Positions 55,092 through 64,000 of a stretch of DNA of 64,000 nucleotides are shown here, piece after piece. The DNA comes from Tubulanus polymorphus (lineage: Eukaryota; Animalia; Nemertea), in contig NC_134028.1 of the NCBI RefSeq assembly GCF_964204645.1, positions 20,087,245-20,151,244 of the forward strand, written 5' to 3'. Under the pieces are notes generated by a model. The model was given only the letters and a program-made list of their open reading frames with translations, was not told where the DNA came from and did not search any database. The stretch's first letter is position 1, and each line of letters opens with the position of its first letter. The position numbers and the translations under genes were made by a program.

Positions 55092-57535
55092 GATTTCTTT
55101 CTCCTTACTCTGGAATGAGAAATAAGAAAATACATTGTACATGAAAAAATGATTTTCATTATTGTGGAGAGCATGATAATTCAATTTCGTTCTATTTGTC
55201 ATAATAAATCCTAAGTACGTGATTGTAAATGAAAACAATGATCAACATCTCAAATCCCCTTCTCGAAACTCACTCGATCGAATGGAGTTGTAAGTTGGCC
55301 TAATTTGGTATCAGTCTCATCAGGTTGCGAGAAGTAACTCAAAGTATTTTCTATCATTCGAACTTCGCAGAACAATCTATATTACACGTAGTTACCTTTT
55401 ATTTACTACTTTTAACCACGGATGCATAAGTGATTATTTCTTTAAAACTTGCCTTATTACGAAGAATTGCTGAATCGATGTAACTGCATCCTCGATGGTG
55501 TTCGCGTTATTCAGAACTATTTACTTCGTGGCAATAGTTTCAACAAGGCGACAACTCGCAGCGTGAACATGAATAAAACATATAATGCGTGTAAACATGA
55601 GCTTTTTCCATATATTTCATTAAATATTTTAGACCAACGCGCACTCTTCAAAATGAAATATTGGACAATTGAGATCGAACGCTATATTCAGAATTGTTGT
55701 CGTGAAATGTTCGGGCCAACCTGTACATTGCGCCATCATAATACTTAGGCCATAATTCGAACAATAACCGTGGCTTATTGATTGTCGCAATACTTGAGAG
55801 ACATTTTCCAAAGATCTTTAGAATTTGAGATAAAAATTAGGTGCATTTTAGAAGGGCCAGTGTAAAGGGTGGTGTCCGAAGAAAATATAGACCATTTAAG
55901 GAAATCGGTTTGTGAAGTTGGTAAAATCTTATTTGAACGACGTGTTCTCGGTAGATGGCTAGTAAACCCATCCACAGGCGATCGGGAGGCACTGGATTAG
56001 GTAGTAAATGTGTGCGCATGTTAATTGAAGGACAATAAGGAACTGTATGGGTACATATGGGTATTTCTGTATTTGGCGGTATCGTCAGTTTGTCGGTCTG
56101 TCCGCCCAGAAACTTCAATGTGCGGAGCTGAATTGCATACTTCATTTATTTTTCATAATGTAACTTTGTACTGTTCCATACTTGACTTGAACTGTCGCGA
56201 TGACACGACAACGTAGCAACACACATAGCATTGAAATGGTGACAGGTGAAAACTAAATATCCGATGCTACTGAAAGCTTACAGTTAGTACACGGTTTTGC
56301 GATGTCTCGGACCTTTGTTTTCAGAATCGAACATGTCGTATTTTAGACCGAAAGGAGTTATTGTCTTCAATCTATATTGAAAAAAACTTTCATTTACGTT
56401 AGGGTTCTAAACCATAATATTGGCGATTGAAAGAGCCGCCATTTTGTGTACCGCACTGTGATAGGCTCTAGATTTTCAACAAGAGTGATATATAACACTA
56501 TCAACAGTTGTCAAGTACTCTTCTGTAAGGTGCATATATTAAATACTTTGAGGCAGTTACCGTAAAAACGGTCTAAAAATGTATGCACCACAATGGTTTA
56601 TGTCAAGATACTGCTCCCTCTAGATCGATTTCTTACCGAAAGATTCAAAAACATATTTATGTTCGTCTTTCGTTTGTATTTGAAAATCCGAAAATCGAAT
56701 TTAAACTGATTATCACTACAGTCTAATGCCGTCGTTGGCCCCTTATTATGTCCTCCCCACAGGTGGAATCGACCTAGGCTTCCCCATTCGCATCGGACCT
56801 ATTATTGACTGCATCTTCACTCATTTACTAGGACTTAGTACCGTTAGAGATTTTAACTCCGCGCCGCTACGGTTTGGGTCGTGTATCAGTCGGTCAAGTT
56901 ACAGTGGCCAATCAATGCGGATAGTGTTGGTTTCATCAGACATTTGCGACAAGCTTGTTTGAAGAAAATAAGTCGTACCTCATCATCAAAAGTTTTAGAA
57001 GAAAGTTTTGTTAACCTTGTAAACTTATCATGATCCAACTTATAATGACCGTGTTATAACACTATTGCGTAGTACCATGGACTCAGTTAATGGTAGTACG
57101 TAATAAAGATAAGTCGGTGAAAGATATTCCAAGTGATGGTGTTGTTTTCTATCAATGTCTGATATTGGTGATTGGTGTATCTAACCAAAATGTCCACAAA
57201 TACAGCCAATTCATCGGCACAAACGTGGTTACATTTGGCGTATTCTAAAAAGAATTGCCTTCAATTTACATCCTTCGGTTTTGAATAGACACAATTTGCT
57301 AGCATGAGATATTTTGCATCCAGGAGATTTGGTTTCTTTTTTAGAATTCACCTCGGACTAATTGGTAACGTAATAACTCAATACCGAGTCAACATGTGTT
57401 ACGTTTCATGAATTTAAAACCCGAAGTCTTAGATTATCGACTATACAATTTAAAAAGCTTGTGCTATCAATAGAGTATCAAATATCTCATCTAAAACCTG
57501 TAATTCAATGAAAGAATATATAAGAGTTAAAGCTC

Positions 57536-58639
57536 ATGCCAATAGAATATCTCGAATTCCCTCCAGCTGATAAACCTCGGGTCCTTCACTCAGTGATGAC
57601 GTCTGTTACGAATTCATCTGACGTGTCGTGCGTAAAAAATTTACCGATACGAAAAGTTTACATCGATACGTTTTACGTCTATGCGATTGTATACGGCGCG
57701 CTGTCGCTGGTCGGAATCGCATCGAACGTACTCACTATCGTTACGATCGAACGTTTGAAACGAAAATCATACTACGTATGCAAATTCGTAGCTTGTTTTG
57801 ATTTATCGTTTCTCGTTTCGTTCGCGTTTTTGTACCCGATTCGGGCGTTGTACGTTTACGCGATTATGGGTGACGTCATGTTTCGTTTTTACGCGCTCAA
57901 ATTCGGGGGTTGGATTTTGTTCATATTTGCATATATGTTTCTCTGGTTACAGGCATCGAGGAATTGGTCGGTTGTTTTGCTCAGTGTTGATCGGCTAGTG
58001 GTGATTTCATTTCCGTTGCGAGCGGTGCGATTTTGGACACGAAGAAAACTACTATCAATAATGATTTGTGTGGTTACCTTATGCGCGTTGGCAAACTGGC
58101 ATTATATCATACGAAGCTCATTCCCAGGACTTTATCGCTGGCCTTGTCTTAGATTAGATATTCGTGTTTATACCCAGTACAGCGGTTATATACTCTTCAA
58201 ATATACTGATTTTCTCACAAAACTCATCACAAATTACACCAATTATGTTTACATGTTCATAACGTCAATATTCCCTACTTGTTTTTTGATAGTTGTCAAT
58301 TTTCTGTTAATGTTTGTTTTATATCGTGCGACCACAGCTCGACGGTCTCTTCGTCGAAGTGATTCCGTCGCCCGCAAGAATGTCATCGATATCCGCGCTC
58401 TCAGAAATGTCGTTGCGCTCGTCGCTTTTTTTCTAATTTGCGAAATCCCGGCCACAATGCCGCGACTTTTTGAAATAAACGGTTTTGTAATACGCGATTA
58501 TAGATTGCAAGTAATGTTTTATCAATTCGCTCTCACTACAACGGTTTTCAATTCAGTCGGTAATTTTTTCATCCTTATTTCTACCGATGATAAATTCCGT
58601 AGTTTCACACGATGCCAGGCGTGCCGGGTAGACCGGTAG
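57536..58639 (+). CDS. Rhodopsin-like (class A) orphan GPCR, single exon, full-length paralog (alternative start ATG 57596)
   Basis: Same 7TM motifs as 594-1577, plus an intact N-terminus with an NSS sequon (MTSVTNSSDVSC). Confidence 0.9.
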   Translation: MPIEYLEFPPADKPRVLHSVMTSVTNSSDVSCVKNLPIRKVYIDTFYVYAIVYGALSLVGIASNVLTIVTIERLKRKSYYVCKFVACFDLSFLVSFAFLYPIRALYVYAIMGDVMFRFYALKFGGWILFIFAYMFLWLQASRNWSVVLLSVDRLVVISFPLRAVRFWTRRKLLSIMICVVTLCALANWHYIIRSSFPGLYRWPCLRLDIRVYTQYSGYILFKYTDFLTKLITNYTNYVYMFITSIFPTCFLIVVNFLLMFVLYRATTARRSLRRSDSVARKNVIDIRALRNVVALVAFFLICEIPATMPRLFEINGFVIRDYRLQVMFYQFALTTTVFNSVGNFFILISTDDKFRSFTRCQACRVDR

Positions 58640-59172
58640 TTTCGGGGCTGTAGTACGCCGACTGAGAGACGTTCTAATCGGGTAGATTATCATCTTCAAC
58701 CTTTGAAAAATTTGTTCCATCATACACATTGAGAAAGCGTTAGATTTCCTACTTATTATGAAAAATACTGCAGTAGATAGCAGCAATACAATACTATTCA
58801 CTGATGTTGTGGCTCTATACCCTAGTATACCTATCGAAGGTGGTATTAGAGCTGTTAATGAGTTTCAACACATGCATCTATGTCAGATACATGGGGCATA
58901 TTATATGCGAAACTATCGATATTAGTTCTAAGTAATAATATCTGTAAATTTTTTACAACATGCATTTTGTGCAAATTTCGGGAACGGCTATTGGTAGACG
59001 TATTCATGCATATTTTAGAATCGGAAGTCTTCGACAAATCTACCCATAAACCTAAATTGTGGAAGAGATTCGTAGATGATACATAATTTTGGTCTGTTGG
59101 AACAGGGTCTTGATGAGTGTTTAACTAAATTTACTGAACGTCAGATTTACCCATGAATATGCCTTTTTAGAA
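58615..59172 (+). mobile_element. Penelope-like RT relic (paralog of 1553-2090)
   Basis: PGVPGRPVVS-GCSTPTERRSNRVDYHLQPL, LFTDVVALYPSIP and PKLWKRFVDDT. Confidence 0.85.
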
Positions 59173-59791
59173 GCCTAATTAGAGAGTGTGTTCACACGCA
59201 AATCATTCACTCGATACTCAACAATGCTCAAACAAAGCGAAGTGGATCATTTCCGGTGCTAGTTGCAATTCAAACGTAATCATTTGTCTGGTGCTTAAAT
59301 TAGGCTCGGGCCTGGTCCGACGTTTTTGGTCGGGCCAAATTTGGCCCGGGCCAAACAGGCTCGGGACCATTTGGCACGCGTGTGAACAGTTGTTCCGAGC
59401 CAAATTTGGCACGGGCCAAATTTGGCCCGGGTCGAATATGCACGTGTGATCGCGGCTTTAATTTGACTCTGAGTTCCACAGCATGTAGGTTGAATTGGAT
59501 TCAGTGCCACGGGTTTTGTGTGTTTAATGTGTCATGGTTGAATACGTTCTTAAGATGACGTGATAATTTTAGTAGAATACGATGTACTTTCATAGTTTGC
59601 TAGTCACTACTCAATTCTGAAATTTACACCCGGCTATTTGAAAAACTTGAATAGAAAACTAAATACAGTAGTAAATATCTGAAATGCAAAATTCATGGCC
59701 AATTTTCCATATAAATTTCCCTATATTGAATGCAGCAACCGACACTTCAATACGCGAAGGTAAAACTGTAAGTAGATAACATAGGTAGTCA

Positions 59792-60105
59792 AGCCCGCTG
59801 CACATGGCATAATATTTGTTTCGCCATGACAAAACACACGTTTTTCACAAAACGTTTTTCGTAAAACTTTTTGCCCGCAAACGATAATACGTTCAACGCT
59901 TCGGGACGAAAAACGTTTTCTACTACACAAAACGTTTTTCGCGAAACAAGCAGTGCTTGAATGGTGAAAAACGTTTTTCTGACGAAAAACTTTTTTTCTG
60001 TTCGGCGTTTTGTGTTTTGCCTCCCCCGCACACGGCATAACAAATACCATCCAGACCGTTTTTCGCGAGGAAAAACGTTGTTTTCGGTACCGTGAGCGGC
60101 GGGCT
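59792..60105. mobile_element. PIF/Harbinger-type MITE
   Basis: Imperfect TIRs agcccgctgcacatgg / ccgtgagcggcgggct, with internal aaaacgtttt repeats. Confidence 0.65.
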
Positions 60106-61007
60106 TAAATGTCAGTGAGTATTTGAAACCATTTAGCATAGTATGATATTCTATGTATTCCTAGATCTTCATCGAGATCAGGGATTTCAATCTAAGCTGC
60201 ATCATAAAATTCACAACCTTATGTTTTTATAACTGAGGTGCGGCACTAATTTAAATGAATAATTTTCGACTAGATAATGGCGACTCTCGTGTTCTTAAGG
60301 CTAGAAAAAATTATTAATGATTATCAATATTACATTTAAAGCGCAGCAGAAGCGGGGGAAACTGGAGACACAAACTTGTTTCCACGTTCTGTGGTGACAA
60401 ACACAAGCGATGTGGCAGCCCCGCGCTCAGGGCCAGAAAAACCACAGAAATGACTAAAAATTTATATCATATAATTCAGTTGATTTCGAACTAATCTAAT
60501 GTCACAAACAAATATTCACTGTATTAAATGTTATTTTCATTCTGACTGTAACGGACTGATGTGACTAGCATTGACTTAAACTCTGTACGCATCCAAACTC
60601 GAGATGCAGAAAATCCGTTATGGCTGCTTTGCACTATATCTATTATCAGTTTTATTTCTTGAGCAGCATTAATTCAAACTTGGTACATTATCTGAAATAA
60701 GGGTTATTCACCGAGAATTGTTTAAAGAATCAGATTTTTGTGATTTCTTAAACGCTTCATTGCTAATACATTTAAGTCAAATTCTAGGAGATGAAAATTA
60801 TTGCTTATCTAATTATGCGTGTATGTGCTATTGTTGCAATTGCGGTCCGTGCCGCGTCATCTGAAGAAGGGAAACTGGGAAAATGTAACAATAGTATCTA
60901 ATGATCAACATAAGTCGCAATTACCGGTGAAAATTACGTCGTTGTTATCGATTGAACGAATTAATTCGATTAATTGTATTTCAGAAATACATGTTATTAC
61001 ATACTAA

Positions 61008-61195
61008 AGCCGGGCGTAGGTCCGCCTTGCGACGGCTTGCGACTCACTGCGACCACCAGCGACGATCGCGTCGCAACGACCAACCGACCTACGATACCTT
61101 GCGACTGCCAGCGACGTCGCACACAGTCGCTGACAATCGCGTCGCAACCGACTTATGCCCCCAATCGACCTACGAAGGTCGACCTACGCCCGGCT
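61008..61195. mobile_element. PIF/Harbinger-type MITE, family X copy 1
   Basis: TIRs agccgggcgtaggtc / gacctacgcccggct with a TAA target duplication. Confidence 0.8.
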
Positions 61196-61844
61196 TAACA
61201 TTGTGACTAAAATTCATCTAATTTACGTACAGTGTTCTTTTACACATGGATTTATCAAAATCCTGTAAATATGTATTCATCTGAACGAGTGCCACCTATC
61301 ATCCTTATCGTCGGGATCATTATGTCGTACATCAGAAGTGGGGGTGTTACGCAGATTACTTTCGACCTGTGGTAACCGACGACCAAACAACACTTAATCG
61401 ACAACCTTCATATCCACTATCATAATACGTTTTATTAATCTCGTTGAAACGATTTACAACAGTAGAAACAAACAAAAAATACAATAAATCTCAACTAGGT
61501 CGTCTAATTTAAAAACAAGCTCGAATTGAATTTATATTTGTAACTCAGTTGTAAAATCTCGTGTTATAATTGGATTCAATAAAACTGCGAGTGAATAAAT
61601 CAATGATCGGATTGTTGACGGTTGTTTATGATTTTTTCGGTGACGTTTTTTTTCAAAAATCATCAATGGGATGCACGGTTTCATCAGCTGCGAGGAAAAC
61701 ATCCATCGTCGCTACTCTAATGTTTTTACTCTTCACTGTGACTAATCTAAAGCAAATAGTCCAGGCTCCAAGACTCAAAAATTTTCGGAATTTCGCCTAA
61801 AAAAAAGGCCTAAACTCCAGATTTGATCATTTCATTTGCATCGT

Positions 61845-62074
61845 TCAATTGTCGGCCAAACCGGAATGTCTCTACGAGAACGCGTCACACATCACGTCTC
61901 ACGCATCAGAACGAAGAATTCGAGTCCAGTCTCGGACCACTTCAATCAGGTCGACCACACCCGCCAACACTCTCGGGTGTACGGTCTCCAACATCTACCA
62001 GGCTCGACGAGACCGAACAAGACTGGATACGACGACTCGACGCGAACACGCCCCGAGGCATCAACGTCCCGTAG
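61845..62074 (+). mobile_element. Penelope-like GIY-YIG endonuclease relic (frameshifted)
   Basis: IVGQTGMSLRERVTHHVSRIR..SPVSDHFNQVDH, then in another frame ETEQDWIRRLDANTPRGIN, matching the PLE C-terminal pattern E..WI..L.T..P.GLN. Confidence 0.85.
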
Positions 62075-62667
62075 ACCGCCTCACCACAAAAATCAATTCA
62101 AACTTTTCTTTACAGGGATACCCGCTGCCCGTGCACTAGTGGGGTCTCCAAACCTTCGGTTTGCTCCCCTAACCTCTATCTCTAAACCTAACCCTAGGGG
62201 TAAGACGGACCCTAACCTTAACCCTTTACCTCTGGACCCTTTTCTCACCCTTTGAAGCATTTGATCTGACCCTAACGCAGAACCCTAACCCTTAAACTAG
62301 TACCTACATTTTATTACATTTTATTATATAGAGAGGGTAGATGGATAGGAACTAGGCCTAGCCATCAAAAGGTGGTTGTGAGTGATACTATATAGCCAAA
62401 CCCAAAAAAGCGTGACCCGGCAACGGACTACCTGGCTAGAAGTTGGTTAGTGCGGTTCGGTCCCTACTAACTTGCCAGTGCTGAACCAATGTTGGCCCGG
62501 CCGCATCAGGTCAGAGTAAAAAACTCAGATCCAAAAAAAAGTTTGGAATATACGAATGGCAAGCTAGTGCATAAGTCCAAGAAATTGATATAGCCATTGA
62601 CTCCCGCAGAGTGGGTGCGAGAAAGTTCCGGCGGAGCCCGTGTCCGCATGAGGGTGACAATCTCTTA

Positions 62668-62931
62668 AGCCGGGTGCAGGTCGGCCTTGCGACGGCTTGG
62701 ACTCACTGCGACGCGATTCACAGCGACCGCCAGCAACGATCGCGTCGCAACGACCAACCGACCTACGCTACCAGCTACGACCTACGAGCGACGCCAGTCG
62801 CAGTGACACGATACGACCTGCGACTGGCAGAAACTAGTCGCACACAGTTGCCTATAATCGCATCGCAGCCGACTTACACCTCCACCGACGCAACGCAACC
62901 ATCGCGTCGCAAGGCCGACCCACGCCCGGCT
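62668..62931. mobile_element. PIF/Harbinger-type MITE, family X copy 2
   Basis: TIRs agccgggtgcaggtcggccttgcgacg / cgtcgcaaggccgacccacgcccggct; internal sequence is shared with 61008-61195. Confidence 0.8.
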
Positions 62932-64000
62932 TGAGATATACGATGGGATCACTGGTCTATGATACCGCAGTTGTTTCCAAGGGCCGCCAGTGTTCAGTGC
63001 CAAGTCCCATTCCCCGGAGGACCTCGTAGCGAAGAGCGGTTTCACCATGGTAACAGTTGTCACGTGAAAATAGGCCGAGAAATGGATGATAGATTCTGGG
63101 TTTGTAATTTTGTGATTCAATGTTTTATTCCACATCGAGATTCATAGAAATGTATATTCATATTCTATGTGTAAATTCAGTTATAAATAAGTACATGTAA
63201 CAGTATGTTTATAATTTAACAGGACGGTACTCCGCCAGGTGGCGTGCGATGTATTCTGAACGACTCGAATGTTTCGAAAAAGAATGTTTTTTCTCAATCG
63301 CGCATGTGCAGTAAGTTGTCTCGGTTCAAGTAACATTGATCTTTAGTATCAAAACCTTTGTTTATGTCAATTAACCAAATTTTGCCGAAATCTTAACACT
63401 GTAACCCACTGTATCAAGGCGATCTTTCTCGAAACGCGCAAAAATTTTTACGCCGTAAAATCGTCAAAATTATGTTATCATACATTGATAACTTCTATGC
63501 GTTATTTGCCAGTGGTACTGCGTACTTTTGGTGTTTCAAAATAACAATAACAAATGTGAATATCGGCGTACGAATTAACGACCGCGATGAATTGATCGCA
63601 GACCGATCGCGTAAGCCAAACCGCAAGGACAGAACGAGTTCTATTTGTACGACCAGATCAAATCGTCGTAGCCAGAGACGGAGCAATACTGCGTAGTTCG
63701 ACCTAAGCTTAGCCTTCCTATTAGATTATCATGTCTTATATAAATTTATGAGTCGATGTGCCCTGCGTCATTAGTACTGGGGCCTGGACTGATAGCGGTC
63801 AATTCGATTATGTTTTCGATTACGTATTCAAATTAGAAATATCGATCAATCATTGATCAATAGCGTCGGTAATATATGTGAATTTTTTCTTCAAAGCGCG
63901 AATAAATGTTCAAGTTAGTTTTCTACGTTCAATTGCTTGTCTACGATTTATATTTTTAGCCGTGAAACGACTGTTAGACGCGACTGTGCCAGAAAGTCTT

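Larger units (their letters stand above)
57061..59178 (+). repeat. Segmental duplication copy B
   Basis: Direct repeat of 1-2094. Confidence 0.97.

Overview
Eukaryotic, AT-rich, intron-rich invertebrate DNA, most consistent with a marine lophotrochozoan (the species cannot be determined from this sequence). Genes recognised: two near-identical single-exon class A GPCR paralogs 57 kb apart, each fused at its 3' end to a Penelope-like retroelement relic; an 8-exon BHMT-family methyltransferase; a GPI-anchored Ly6/uPAR (three-finger) gene with a duplicated dead exon; and a ~30 kb polycystin-1/REJ-family gene (WSC-PKD-REJ-GAIN/GPS-PLAT-channel) on the minus strand. The most novel element is not called by the ORF track. 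A triplicated cassette at 8.4-18.3 kb carries a small spliced gene for a secreted, lysine-rich, two-cysteine ~94-aa mature protein, present as one intact copy and two independently disabled copies. I do not recognise its family, and its divergence pattern resembles toxin or antimicrobial genes. The same block contains a head-to-head pair of minimal Penelope-type hammerhead ribozymes. Many MITEs and minisatellites are also present. All splice models and translations were read by eye and need RNA-seq confirmation.
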